Virus record (IMG/VR): IMGVR_UViG_3300011871_000052
DNA length: 64,000 nucleotides
Source: an uncultured virus (IMG/VR IMGVR_UViG_3300011871_000052)
Taxonomy: Duplodnaviria; Heunggongvirae; Uroviricota; Caudoviricetes
Direction: 5' to 3' (one strand)
Position 1 is the stretch's first letter. Each line of letters starts with the position of its first letter. Made by a program: the position numbers and the translations under genes. Under the pieces are notes generated by a model that saw only the letters and a program-made list of their open reading frames with translations, searched no databases and was not told the origin of the DNA. Shown here piece by piece: positions 26,322 through 37,062 of the stretch.

Positions 26322-26859
26322 GGTAAATATTATGTTTGGACAAGGTAAAATTACATACCAGAAAGTATTAGGTTATTACTTCTTGATTTTGTTTGTTTCT
26401 ATTATTGCTTGGTTAACTCTATACGAACGTTTAAATGATTTCCTAAGAAGTGATTTTGTAAACTCTGTAGTATTTATCTTAGCTGTTATTGGATTGTGTT
26501 ATGTAGCAACAATATCGAAACTGAAAGATATTTTGCTAGTTAAAATGTTTGATACGGTAAAATATGATAATATTTATCAGCAAGCTAATATGAGAAAAAA
26601 TGGTCAGGCTCAATTAATTGGAGAAGAGTGTTATACAAATAAATACGGACCTCTAAATCATCTCGTTGATATGGTAAGAGCTTGTGGTTGGACAATGATA
26701 TTAGTATACCCATTATTCATATGCTTAAAGCACATTCAAAATAATATTCTTATTGATGTTGTAAATTTATTTGTTTTTGCTTTATCATTATTAACGGCAT
26801 TAATTAGTACATATTTCATTTATGCTAATCTAAAAGTATTGTATAAGTTTAATAAGTAA
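26314..26859 (+). CDS. four-TM membrane protein
   Basis: hydrophobic segments. Confidence 0.7.
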   Translation: MIKVNIMFGQGKITYQKVLGYYFLILFVSIIAWLTLYERLNDFLRSDFVNSVVFILAVIGLCYVATISKLKDILLVKMFDTVKYDNIYQQANMRKNGQAQLIGEECYTNKYGPLNHLVDMVRACGWTMILVYPLFICLKHIQNNILIDVVNLFVFALSLLTALISTYFIYANLKVLYKFNK

Positions 26860-26965
26860 AAAAGAAGGAAGCCTTGCTTCCTTTTTTTTATTTTTATGTT
26901 GTAATTTGATTAATAGTTGTCTATTATTTATTTTAAAGTAATCAAAAATATAAGGCGGTTATTTT

Positions 26966-28003
26966 ATGAGCGAAAAAAGGCATGTAGATTTTATAAGAAA
27001 AGTGTTGTTGGATAATTCTCATGGTTTTTGGTATGTTAATCCCCTGTTTATCAATGGTGATTGGATATTAGAACAAGAAGTCAATCTGAGAAGAGGGAAT
27101 TCTTTTTGTTCAGAAGAAGATATAGATAAGTCATTACCGCAATATTTCTTCATAAAAGATGAAGGGAATAAAAGTTATTTAACCATAATGAATGAAAATG
27201 GGTTGCCGGAACAAATAAGTATAGATTACGGAAACATTTATTTGTATAAATATAATAGTCCTTATATTTCCATCCTAAAAGATAGCGAAAAAAGCTTTAA
27301 CGAATCTCACATAAATAGTATTTATATAGTTGAGTATAATCATAAACTCTATATACCCTATTACTACAGAATAGATGATGTATTTGAAAAAGTTTATAAA
27401 AATAAAAAAACAAAATATAAAAGCGAAGATTATATAGATGATCTAAATTATATATTATCTTATAATTATGAATCATCAGACGAAGTAGATGATGACGCAC
27501 AAGATCTATTTTTATTGATAGACAAACTTTGTATGACAGGATTTAATGAGCTATCAATATATATTGAAGAACATTTTGATAACTATCATGATGCCATAAT
27601 GTATTGTTATAAAAAAGAAGACTTGCCGTGGGTAGATAGAAAAAGATTATATGCGATATTAAATGAGTTAGAAGAAGATTATTATAAAGAAATAATGAAT
27701 GATTCTAATATTATTTTAGATGAATATGGTGATGATGAATACGACGATTATGATTTTGATGAAGAATATGTAGATATGCCGTTTTGGTATGAAATAAGTA
27801 GATACAATAATGGAAACATGATTATAACTGTAAGATGTGTCGAAGATAAAAGGCAAAGGGAAACAATAAAGATAAAAGTAAAAGATGAGTATAAAGATAG
27901 GCATGATATAATAGAAAGTGCTTTTAACCATATTTGTTTATCTCTTGTTTTCATAAATCAATGCTGGTTCGAACAAGAATNNNNNNNNNNACGATGGATA
28001 TGA
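26966..28003 (+). CDS. acidic hypothetical protein (3' end in N gap)
   Basis: 345-aa ORF. Confidence 0.7.
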   Translation: MSEKRHVDFIRKVLLDNSHGFWYVNPLFINGDWILEQEVNLRRGNSFCSEEDIDKSLPQYFFIKDEGNKSYLTIMNENGLPEQISIDYGNIYLYKYNSPYISILKDSEKSFNESHINSIYIVEYNHKLYIPYYYRIDDVFEKVYKNKKTKYKSEDYIDDLNYILSYNYESSDEVDDDAQDLFLLIDKLCMTGFNELSIYIEEHFDNYHDAIMYCYKKEDLPWVDRKRLYAILNELEEDYYKEIMNDSNIILDEYGDDEYDDYDFDEEYVDMPFWYEISRYNNGNMIITVRCVEDKRQRETIKIKVKDEYKDRHDIIESAFNHICLSLVFINQCWFEQEXXXXRWI

Positions 28004-28071
28004 TATTTAAAGATTGAAATTAATATTACTCATCGTATATAATGTTTAAAAATAATACTGAAGGAAAAAAG

Positions 28072-28620
28072 ATGGGAAAGAAAAACTATTTTTATGATGA
28101 AGAAGAATTGACAAAAAGTGATAAAAAGTGGCTATGCTTTATGGTATATGCTGCTGTTTTAGTACTATCTGGATTTATGTATCATAAAGTAGAGATATTA
28201 CTAACAAGTTTTGTTTTCATTACTTTTAGTTGGATTATGTTAATCTTTGGATTTTCAATGTTCTTTTTAAAAGGAAGAGTAAGAGAGTTTTTTCATAAAA
28301 ATATGTATTCTGTAAGAGAATATAGTGTTATTTATAATACATATTTTGCTAGTTTAACAGATAAAGAAAAAACAAAAGATAAAGGAATAGAAAAACCATT
28401 AAGAGATCTTCTGTTTTCACTAAAACTCTATCCTGTTTTAATTGCTATAACATTTTTATTAGAATTATGTATGAATAGATTAGGGTATAATTGGTTAGTA
28501 GCTCCCGGCGCAGTATTATTTTATACTTTACAGGTTTACTTTACTTACCAGATAATAAAAGACTTATTTGTACACTGGAATGCTTATAGAGTATTTAAGA
28601 ACGGCGAGCTTGAGTTATAA
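28072..28620 (+). CDS. four-TM membrane protein, similar layout to 26314-26859
   Basis: hydrophobic segments, KxMY/F...EY..IY pattern in both. Confidence 0.7.
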   Translation: MGKKNYFYDEEELTKSDKKWLCFMVYAAVLVLSGFMYHKVEILLTSFVFITFSWIMLIFGFSMFFLKGRVREFFHKNMYSVREYSVIYNTYFASLTDKEKTKDKGIEKPLRDLLFSLKLYPVLIAITFLLELCMNRLGYNWLVAPGAVLFYTLQVYFTYQIIKDLFVHWNAYRVFKNGELEL

Positions 28621-28649
28621 TATAAAAGCCCTCTTCTGAGGGCTTTTTT

Positions 28650-28925
28650 TTATTCGTCATTACCATCATTAGTACTAATAACATTATCGGCACAATATTG
28701 CATACCTGATTCAGGTTTTTTATTTGGATCGTTGGGATTTCTGTATTGGCATTTATCATATTGAACAGCTTTACCATTCTTAATAATAACCCCTTTTTTA
28801 AACTTAGGTTTACCATCAGAAAAATCAATACCATTCTTCTCTGTAAGTTGAACAGTATTAATAGCAAAAGAAGATGCAGTAAATAACATTAGCACACTGG
28901 CTATAATAATATTAGAACATTTCAT
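28650..28925 (-). CDS. small exported protein
   Basis: signal peptide ending SFA, GAGGAGG RBS, Cys pair. Confidence 0.7.
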   Translation of the reverse strand: MKCSNIIIASVLMLFTASSFAINTVQLTEKNGIDFSDGKPKFKKGVIIKNGKAVQYDKCQYRNPNDPNKKPESGMQYCADNVISTNDGNDE

Positions 28926-29040
28926 ATAATACCTCCTCATTTTAGATTTGGTATAATATACAATTTTTTAGCAAAATAATCAATAAATGTTGAATATCAT
29001 AAATGAAAGCTTTAAACTACATTACTAAAAGGAGAAATAG

Positions 29041-29382
29041 ATGCGTTCAATACAAGAAATTTCTGATGATATAGATAGCGCTTTCGAATTAGTTATGGAA
29101 GTGCTTATGGATGAGAATAAAGATAATTATATAGAGCGTTTTGAGAGCGCTACAAAGGCACAAGAGCAATTTGAGGAAGAGTTAAAGGATTCCGTTATAT
29201 CATGCTATAAAGGTCATGAAAAGTTCTCTAAGGAAGTTTTAGACGAAATATATGATGTAACATATTCTAACACCAAAGAATATGTTCGCTCTAGATTACT
29301 GTTACCAGAAGATTTTAATAAGAATATGGTTGTTATTGAGAAAGCTTATCTTGATGGATTTAATGCCAGTAAAAATAAATAA
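29041..29382 (+). CDS. hypothetical protein
   Basis: ORF with AGGAG RBS. Confidence 0.7.
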   Translation: MRSIQEISDDIDSAFELVMEVLMDENKDNYIERFESATKAQEQFEEELKDSVISCYKGHEKFSKEVLDEIYDVTYSNTKEYVRSRLLLPEDFNKNMVVIEKAYLDGFNASKNK

Positions 29383-29541
29383 AAGAAGAGATTCTTTTAT
29401 AACGAAAAATCAAAATAAAGCTATATAATCCCATTATAACTTTATCATAAACAAAAATAAAAAGATATCTTTTTTTTAAGCAAGGTATAAAAAATGAACT
29501 TTATTTGCCGATATATGTCTATAGTTAATATAGGAGGGGAT

Positions 29542-30051
29542 ATGAATACAAATGAAGAAAAAGATATTGAAAATGTATTAAAGCATGTATTTGAAAATAT
29601 AAATAGTGATGAAAAAAGTAAGGCTAAAAATTATTTATCAAATGAAGATAATGCATTATTATTTGATAAAATTTTTAAAGATGGGGATTTCAATATAGAA
29701 CATTATAACTTACACCTGATATCCAATCAAAAAAGGTTAAATAATGGTTTATTAAAAGAAAAAGGAATAAGAACTCATCAAGCTATTTTTTTGGCTAATA
29801 ATTTTTCTTTTGTTAAATCACATCTGGAAAATATGATCGTTGAAAAAGATGGAAGTAGTGGATGTGCTGATAAATCAAGAAGATTAATAAAGATGTATTT
29901 TAATTATTTTGAATATGGAATGCCATTAATAGAAGATATATTACCAGAGAATACGCTAAACAATGAAGAACAAGCTATTGAGTTTTTCAATGCTATTTAT
30001 AGTTTATATTATGGTCAACCGAAAAAATACATTGAGTTTTTAACAAAATAA
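29542..30051 (+). CDS. hypothetical protein
   Basis: ATG after AGGAGG. Confidence 0.7.
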   Translation: MNTNEEKDIENVLKHVFENINSDEKSKAKNYLSNEDNALLFDKIFKDGDFNIEHYNLHLISNQKRLNNGLLKEKGIRTHQAIFLANNFSFVKSHLENMIVEKDGSSGCADKSRRLIKMYFNYFEYGMPLIEDILPENTLNNEEQAIEFFNAIYSLYYGQPKKYIEFLTK

Positions 30052-30080
30052 CAAAAAGGACTCCGAAGAGTCCTTATTTT

Positions 30081-30851
30081 TTATTCATCATCTAACACAA
30101 TATCTTTTATANNNNNNNNNNCTTTTATACTACTTAAATCAGCAATTGCTTTATCAATCACTTCTTGTTTAACATTTTTATATGATTCTTCAACATTGTA
30201 TTTACCAACAATGAAGTTAGCAAAACGCTCTAAGTTCATTGTGAAGTCAGCAAGATCATCTTTTGTCCATGAATCAATAACAGCAAATGGAACAGTTCCA
30301 ATCAGAGCTACACCATTATATTCTGTTGAGCCATAATCTCTTTTCTTAGCGGCATAACGACCTTTAGCTTCTGGATTCTGATTAAAGCCACGATAAAACT
30401 CTACAACCTGTTCATCAAGGTTGATAACATAGGCCCACTCACAAAAAAGAGAGTCATTCATAAAGTTACAGCTATCCAACATATAAGGAATAGCATTTTC
30501 TCGATCAATAACCGTATCGACTTTACCTGCCGTATGATAAATAACAGGAATTGCTGGAATTTCAGTGATAGATGAATATTCAGACTTTAAATTATTATAA
30601 ATACCAAGATTATCAAGACGTTCAACAACAGATAAAAATTCTTCTTTAGAAAAGGTATGATTATCTTCTTTACTAATCAATTTAACATTCTCAACACAAG
30701 CGCGGAGGTGCGCAATATCTTTAGTTAATGTAAAAGACGTAAGAGCCTCAAGAACTTCATATCCAAGACCATTTGGATAACCATCACTATGGTTATAAGA
30801 AATATAGTCTTGTTTTTTATGTCTAAAACCATAAGCGGCACGAGTACCCAT
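30081..30851 (-). CDS. conserved phage-type hypothetical protein
   Basis: MGTRA...YNHSDGYP...LG and EWAYVINLD motifs. Confidence 0.75.
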   Translation of the reverse strand: MGTRAAYGFRHKKQDYISYNHSDGYPNGLGYEVLEALTSFTLTKDIAHLRACVENVKLISKEDNHTFSKEEFLSVVERLDNLGIYNNLKSEYSSITEIPAIPVIYHTAGKVDTVIDRENAIPYMLDSCNFMNDSLFCEWAYVINLDEQVVEFYRGFNQNPEAKGRYAAKKRDYGSTEYNGVALIGTVPFAVIDSWTKDDLADFTMNLERFANFIVGKYNVEESYKNVKQEVIDKAIADLSSIKXXXXIKDIVLDDE

Positions 30852-30946
30852 ATCATAATCCTCATTAGTTATTTTGATTATTATAACAATAATGGAAATG
30901 TTATACTAGAAAAATAGAGCCTAGCGGCTCTTTTGATTTAAAAATA

Positions 30947-31183
30947 TTAGATTGCAGGAGCAGAAATAGCTTCACGTTGAGTAATAACTTCGTTAATATC
31001 AATACAGCGATCTTGGTGAAAACGACGAACGCTTTCATCTTTTAATCTAAGAACGATAAAAGCTCCTTCATATACAAGATCTCCAATAACATCATTTACA
31101 ATTTCTGTTTTGCTAACATATACACCTTGTTCATTTGGTAAAGAATAGACTATCGTAAACTGCTTTGTAGTAATTTTAGACAT
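30947..31183 (-). CDS. hypothetical protein
   Basis: ORF with GAGG RBS and terminator. Confidence 0.7.
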   Translation of the reverse strand: MSKITTKQFTIVYSLPNEQGVYVSKTEIVNDVIGDLVYEGAFIVLRLKDESVRRFHQDRCIDINEVITQREAISAPAI

Positions 31184-31445
31184 TTTTAACCCTCTTATAT
31201 TTATTGTTTTGTTGTGTTTTGATGTAGTAATAATAGCAGATTTTCATTTGAGGATCAAAGATTACTTTAGTATATATATCTTTATAAAACAAGAGCTTAA
31301 ATAGAATAGTTCTTTTATTTTTAAGGATCATGGAGTTACAATTCATGATATTTTGGAATAAAAATTTTATTTTATATTTAAAAATAGAATAAAAAAATAA
31401 GTGTTTTTTAGATATGTATATTAGTATGGTAGTTGAAAGATGCAT

Positions 31446-31630
31446 AAAAAAAGGGCTGGATTCACCAGCCTTTTTTTCACATTATGACCGCAGCTTCTTG
31501 TTAGCATAAAGGTTCCAAGACATATATCGTTCCCAATATAACAATCATTTATTCAGATTCCCGATAATCTGGTGGCCCAAGAATCTTTTAGCAATAATCG
31601 GGTAACATAAAGACCAAGCTCTTGCCACTA
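31446..31630 (-). ncRNA. 6S (SsrS)-like RNA candidate
   Basis: promoter TTGACA-17-TATACT (31665-31637), about 185-nt transcript without RBS-led ORF, 5'/3' complementarity, GCAAG..CCGA..CTTGGAACC..AGCTGCGG blocks resembling 6S RNA, strong terminator. Confidence 0.55.
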
Positions 31631-31682
31631 TAGGAAAGTATAAAATATTGTTTTTATTATGTCAATTTTATTTTTAGAATTT

Positions 31683-32714
31683 TTAAAACTGAATTCCTAA
31701 TCCTAAAGATTTTTTCACTTTATTGACAGTATCAGAAGCAATATTTTTAGCAGAAAATGTTCCCTCTTTTATTATTTGTTTAATTTGGTCTTCTTCAATT
31801 AAAGCACGTCTTTTCTGTATGGGATCAAAAAATTCTAAAAGAACATCAGAAAGTATTTTTTTTACGGTGCTATCACCAAGGCCACCTCTCTGATAATGTT
31901 TTTTAAGGTCCAAAACTAAGTTTTTATCATGATGAAAAGCATCCAAATATGAAAATACAGTGTTGCCTTCTATTTTTCCGGGGTCTGATATGCGAAGATG
32001 GTTAGGATCAGTGTACATTTTTTTAACTGTTTTAATAATTTCATCATTAGTAGCATTAAGATTTAAAGTATTCCCTAAACTTTTTCCCATTTTACTATTT
32101 CCATCTATACCGGGAAGTCTTGCTGATGAACTAAGCATAGGCGAACATGTTTTAAGGATATTTTGGCCTACGTTTCTATTAAAAGAAGCAGCTATTTCAT
32201 TAGCTTGTTCGATCATAGGAAGCTGATCTTCACCTACAGGAACTATATCTGCATTAAATGCTAAAATATCTGCGGCCTGACTAATAGGATAAATCAAAAA
32301 ACCAGTTGGAATATTACGGGGTATATATTCCATTTCTGTCTTTTCAGTAGTAAATCGTTGGAATATTTCATGTCTAATAGTAGGATTTCTCTCTAAACGA
32401 GAAACAGTAACAAAGTTTGTGAAATAGAAGGTTAGTTCAAATAACTCTGGAATAGCAGATTGAAGAAAAATTGTTGTTTTACTTGGATCTATGCCAACAG
32501 AAAGATAATCCTCAACAACTTGAAAAATAGCTTTTTGAACCTTTTCTTTATTATCAATGTTATCTGTATATGCTTGAGCATCAGCAATCATAATAAAAGA
32601 TTGATGACTATCTTGTATAGCAACTCTGTTTAAAAGACTTCCTACTAGGTGTCCAATATGTAAAGGTCCAGTAGGGCGATCACCAGTTAAACTGATAGGG
32701 AGATGTTTATTCAT
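31683..32714 (-). CDS. trpS: tryptophan--tRNA ligase (TrpRS II-like)
   Basis: GDRPTG.LHIGH, YPISQAADI, VPVGEDQ, KMGKS, MYTDP. Confidence 0.95.
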   Translation of the reverse strand: MNKHLPISLTGDRPTGPLHIGHLVGSLLNRVAIQDSHQSFIMIADAQAYTDNIDNKEKVQKAIFQVVEDYLSVGIDPSKTTIFLQSAIPELFELTFYFTNFVTVSRLERNPTIRHEIFQRFTTEKTEMEYIPRNIPTGFLIYPISQAADILAFNADIVPVGEDQLPMIEQANEIAASFNRNVGQNILKTCSPMLSSSARLPGIDGNSKMGKSLGNTLNLNATNDEIIKTVKKMYTDPNHLRISDPGKIEGNTVFSYLDAFHHDKNLVLDLKKHYQRGGLGDSTVKKILSDVLLEFFDPIQKRRALIEEDQIKQIIKEGTFSAKNIASDTVNKVKKSLGLGIQF

Positions 32715-32719
32715 TTTTT

Positions 32720-32791
32720 TATCCTTTTGGTTAATTTAAAATTTGATATTAGTTTTAACCAAAGGATGCAGGGGCAATAGACTTTGGTTAT
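32720..32791 (-). promoter_or_regulatory. translational attenuator of trpS (SD-sequestering hairpin plus anti-sequestrator)
   Basis: on the minus strand ATCCTTTGGTTAA pairs with TTAACCAAAAGGAT (contains the SD); upstream TAACCAAAG competes for CTTTGGTTA. Confidence 0.8.
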
Positions 32792-32866
32792 TTAGCAGAT
32801 ATAAGTGTGCCAACGCCAACGGAATTCCGTTAACGACATATCTATATTTTTTGCTAAATAATCCAT
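32792..32866 (-). CDS. Trp leader peptide MDYLAKNIDMSLTEFRWRWHTYIC
   Basis: AAGGA RBS, TGG-CGT-TGG, directly upstream of trpS; below ORF-track cutoff. Confidence 0.85.
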   Translation of the reverse strand: MDYLAKNIDMSLTEFRWRWHTYIC

Positions 32867-32999
32867 GATGTATCCTTTTTCGATTTGATTTAACAATAAT
32901 ATATGTTTAATCAGTTAAAATCAAGTTGTTTTAGTTTTGATTTAAAAATAAAAATATGGTTTAATTTAATGAAATATAATATTAAATAAGGATAAAATA

Positions 33000-33377
33000 A
33001 TGTCTTATATGTGTTCAGCAATAGCAATAAGAGCAATACAAGAAAAAAGCATATCAGAACTATATGAAATATCTAAAAGTGTTTTTGGTGAAGAAGCTGA
33101 TGATGTTTCAAAGAAATATAAGAGTGAAGAGATCTCATATTTTAAATATGAAGGTAAACACCCTATAGCAGTATATGAAATAAAAGGAAAGATATGTTTA
33201 GACTATATTCTCAATGAAAATACTGATGTAGATTATATTAATGAATCAATAGAGTTAAAAAAAGTTAATAAGATAAAAAGCTGGTTAAAAAAATCTGGAT
33301 TTGATGTAAAAAATGTGAGCATAAAGATTATTTATTATCATAATGGTGGATGTGCTGGTTTATGCGAGGTTTTTTAA
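33000..33377 (+). CDS. hypothetical protein
   Basis: ORF with RBS. Confidence 0.7.
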   Translation: MSYMCSAIAIRAIQEKSISELYEISKSVFGEEADDVSKKYKSEEISYFKYEGKHPIAVYEIKGKICLDYILNENTDVDYINESIELKKVNKIKSWLKKSGFDVKNVSIKIIYYHNGGCAGLCEVF

Positions 33378-33446
33378 ACAACTAAATATCTCTTTGTTAT
33401 GAAATTAAAAAGAGGCTCCTATAGGCTTATAGGAGCATTTAATAGA

Positions 33447-34238
33447 TTATAGGAAGCTATCAAGATAATCTTTAAAAGAATGATAGTTATAAGATTGGTG
33501 TCGCAAGTATGCTATAAAAAAATCATAAGAACCAATAGCAGTAACATTCATTTTTTGACAATATAAAGAAGATGAAACAATAGGAATCATTTTATCTTTA
33601 AGAAGCTCGAACTCTTCTTTATCAACGATATCTATATGTAGTTCACCACCCCATCCATCATCACTAAATGAGAATACTGTTTTTTTACCTTTTTTAATAT
33701 TTCCTTTATAAACTTCTGAATCATGACCATAGCCCAAGCTTTTAAAGCCTGAAAGATTGTAATCTTTAATTTCACCCTCAATCAAAGATTCTGCTTTTTC
33801 AATATCCAACTCACATGGAGAGAATAAAGATAAAGACATTGTTTGCTCTTTATTATCTGGATTAATAAATTCAAATACGAATGGAATTTTAGGACTTTTA
33901 ATAGTAAGTCGTGTTCCAATAGGAAGTTCCGTTCCACCAATATCAAAAGGTTGTTTCAGAACTACGGCATCACCTTTTTTATAATCAAAATAAGATGTAA
34001 TAGGGAGACTATTAAAGATAGCTTCTTTTTCTTTTGTTAAAGGAAGAACTTTAAGTTTTGGTGTAGAAATAATACTCACTTGTTTTGGATCTTTTGAACT
34101 AATAAGAAGAATATCATTTTTTTTACCTGTTTTTACGACATACGCAAAATCACTTTGAGAATATGTATTCTTACTATTATGAATATTGATTTGCTGATCA
34201 ATGCTATATACAGTATTTTTTGTAAGAGTGATAGTCAT
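33447..34238 (-). CDS. hypothetical protein
   Basis: 263-aa ORF, DDGWGG motif. Confidence 0.75.
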   Translation of the reverse strand: MTITLTKNTVYSIDQQINIHNSKNTYSQSDFAYVVKTGKKNDILLISSKDPKQVSIISTPKLKVLPLTKEKEAIFNSLPITSYFDYKKGDAVVLKQPFDIGGTELPIGTRLTIKSPKIPFVFEFINPDNKEQTMSLSLFSPCELDIEKAESLIEGEIKDYNLSGFKSLGYGHDSEVYKGNIKKGKKTVFSFSDDGWGGELHIDIVDKEEFELLKDKMIPIVSSSLYCQKMNVTAIGSYDFFIAYLRHQSYNYHSFKDYLDSFL

Positions 34239-34298
34239 ACTTTTTCCTCTAAGAAAAAAGTAGGGTCTAAACCCTACTTTATATTTAATGATTATTTA

Positions 34299-35079
34299 TT
34301 ACTTGAGCAGGTTATCGAATTCATCAGAAGATGATGATTGATTCTGTGCTGCTTTAGATTGTTTGATAAAATCATCAACATTATCTTCACCACCTTTTGT
34401 AATGCCAGCAATTTTAAGTTTAGCAAGTTCTTCTTGATGGCGAGTTTCTTCTGCAAACTTACTATTACCATTAGCATTGGTAAACGAACTAATATCTTCA
34501 ATCAAATCTGCCGCTTTTGAAGTTCCCTGAGCAATAGTGCTACGAGAAACAGCCGAATCATGTTGTTTCTGACGTTCTTCATAAACTTTAGTAAGTTCAG
34601 CTACAGCATTATTAATGGCATCGAGACTAACTTTGTGATCAGCAATTTCTTTCTGTTTTTCATCACGTTTAGCTTCTTCTTTCTTAATCATGTCAATAGC
34701 TTTTACACCACGAACACGATAAGATTCATCATTAGTTTCTTTAAACTTCGCAACATTCATATCACGAATACCTACAAGTTCCGCANNNNNNNNNNNNNNN
34801 NNNNNNNNNNNNNNNNNNNNNNNNNNNNNNNNNNNNNNNNNNNNNNNNNNNNNNNNNNNNNNNNNNNGCAATTTTCTGTTCCAGAGTTTCGAGATCTTTA
34901 TTCATAATATTAAAGGTAGCTTGATAATTCTTTTGCTCAACTTCAACTTCATCAAGCTTTTCTTTAATTTCATTAAGGCTGGCTTTCTCAAGACGTTCAG
35001 CACCAATACCTTTCTCTACGATTTCATTGATAAAAACAGATGCGCCGCCAAAGAGTTTAGAAATAAAGTTTTTAGTCAT
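34299..35079 (-). CDS. coiled-coil protein, PspA/IM30-like (one gene split by N gap)
   Basis: amphipathic N-terminus MTKNFISKLFG, long coiled coil, acidic DEFDNLLK end. Confidence 0.5.
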
Positions 35080-35186
35080 TTAAATGTTCCTATAAAGTAG
35101 TATTGTTTAAGTGTTTGTATTTTACGAACAATCACTGTTAAAAGCAAGCTTTTTTTTAATAATAAGGGAGGAATCTCCCTTATTTA

Positions 35187-36515
35187 TTACAGTTTAAAAT
35201 CATCGTCGCTAGAACTATCTGAATAGGTGCTTGGGCTATCAGACGAGCTACCACCGAGATCAAAATCATCACGGCTACTACTATCATCAAAAATACTTGA
35301 ACTTGATGAAGAACTACTACCAAAAACACTACCTAAATCAAAATCATCACGTTTATTATCATCCTGATAAACAGGAGTTTCACGAACAACTTCACGCTCT
35401 CTTGTTCTATGGCTACTATTAAGAGCCTCATTAACCAAGATTGTTGTTGCTACTGTATTCAATAAATCACTACCATTATTACCGTTATTAATGATTGTAG
35501 TATGACCATTATCACGACTACGTTCACTGCGATACTCATGGCGAGGCTGTTCAACCTTTCGTGGAGCTGGAGCACTTTCATAACGACGAACAGGCTCTAC
35601 AGGTTTACGAACAGGCTCTGATTTAGGCTGTTGAACTGGAGCATCATAGCTTTTAAGTTCAAATTTACGCTCTACAGTTTTTACTTCATCAAGAGTGCGT
35701 TCAATAGCATAACCATCATAATCAGCATTACCTGCTTTAAGTTTACGGGTATGTTGATCAATATCAAGCATCAATGTTTCAATACGTCCAAACAAATATG
35801 TGCCTTTTTTATCACTAACATCCAAAAACTCACGTTTTTCTTTAAGAGATTCATAAGCATCAACCAATTTCGCAATAGTTTCTTTCGTGAACTTCTGAAT
35901 AGCTTTATCTGTGCTACGTTTACTAACAAATGAGTAAGCAAAGAAGCCACCACCTACAATAACAAACAACGCAATCATAAACCCAAGGAAACCGCCACCA
36001 CTACTTTCATTATGATTTGTAGAAGCAACCTGAGTTTGCGCTACAGGTTTTGAAACTGGTTCACTGCGACTAACAGAAACGGATTGAGCAGGAACTACCG
36101 TTGTATTACGAACATAAGTATCGTTTTGCTCTGCGCGTTTACGTTCCAATGAAGATTCTGTAACAACACGCTGACCTGTAGCTTTACTATTCGCCACAAT
36201 CTTACTGTTAGATTGTAGGCGCTTACGCAAACTATCTACAGCATCTTTTCGGAAGTTGGGATCAAGCTTAACAACATTATCAAGGCATTTCAAAGCATCA
36301 TCAGGACGCTGGAGATGATTAAGAACCTGAGCACGGAAATACCAAGCTACTGGATCTTTTCGGTTTTCTTTAAGATCTTGAGAAAGAGATTGTTCAGCAC
36401 GTTGCCAATCTTTAGATTTAATAGCATCCATTGAACGAGCAGAAGGATCAGCAAAAGCCTGAGCTGAAACCAAAAGGGTAAAAGCAAGAATCAGACTACT
36501 AAGAACTTTCTTCAT
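35187..36515 (-). CDS. signal peptide + TPR + TM protein with Ser/Asp-rich tail
   Basis: AQAFA signal, AWYFRAQV...DALKCL...LDP TPR, TM segment, repeated RDDFDLG. Confidence 0.75.
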   Translation of the reverse strand: MKKVLSSLILAFTLLVSAQAFADPSARSMDAIKSKDWQRAEQSLSQDLKENRKDPVAWYFRAQVLNHLQRPDDALKCLDNVVKLDPNFRKDAVDSLRKRLQSNSKIVANSKATGQRVVTESSLERKRAEQNDTYVRNTTVVPAQSVSVSRSEPVSKPVAQTQVASTNHNESSGGGFLGFMIALFVIVGGGFFAYSFVSKRSTDKAIQKFTKETIAKLVDAYESLKEKREFLDVSDKKGTYLFGRIETLMLDIDQHTRKLKAGNADYDGYAIERTLDEVKTVERKFELKSYDAPVQQPKSEPVRKPVEPVRRYESAPAPRKVEQPRHEYRSERSRDNGHTTIINNGNNGSDLLNTVATTILVNEALNSSHRTREREVVRETPVYQDDNKRDDFDLGSVFGSSSSSSSSIFDDSSSRDDFDLGGSSSDSPSTYSDSSSDDDFKL

Positions 36516-36672
36516 TTATTTATTTCCTATGTGATTAACGATATGAGAGCTATTATAAGCCTATGTTTTATTGAATGCTAGCTTTTTTTTCGAGAAAAGG
36601 ATTTTTTTTAAATGTATGAATTAAAACAAAAAAACCGACAGCGGTTGTCGGTTCTGTGATATGGAAAAGTTT

Positions 36673-37062
36673 TTAATCAGGAAGATTTACAAATTTAAGG
36701 ATACCTTTGCGATCATTATAACCATACTGTCCAAAGAAAAACTCTGCTTGCTGTAGCATTTCATCAACATTATAAAACGGGTTTTCTAACCAATAACTGT
36801 CATTATCAACAAGTTCTACAAATTCTCTAATCTTCATTTGAAACATCATTAGAGCTGCTTTATCTTGTGGTTCACATTTAGCTTCTATTTTATTAACAAT
36901 GTTTAATATTTCAATAAATTTATCATGATGAATATTCATATCATCCTGATACTTATCTTGTCTGTCCTGTTTATCCGTTTTTACAATTAAAGCTTTAAAA
37001 GCTGCATTTGCAAAAAAAGCAATAACAAGAAGCATAATAACAGGTAAAATTAAATCATTCAT
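36673..37062 (-). CDS. membrane-anchored hypothetical protein
   Basis: N-terminal TM. Confidence 0.7.
   Translation of the reverse strand: MNDLILPVIMLLVIAFFANAAFKALIVKTDKQDRQDKYQDDMNIHHDKFIEILNIVNKIEAKCEPQDKAALMMFQMKIREFVELVDNDSYWLENPFYNVDEMLQQAEFFFGQYGYNDRKGILKFVNLPD

Noticed and set aside
34299..35079. Frameshifts or pseudogenes here and at 56322-56952
   Set aside because: Frame changes coincide with N gaps of estimated length, so they are probably assembly artefacts.
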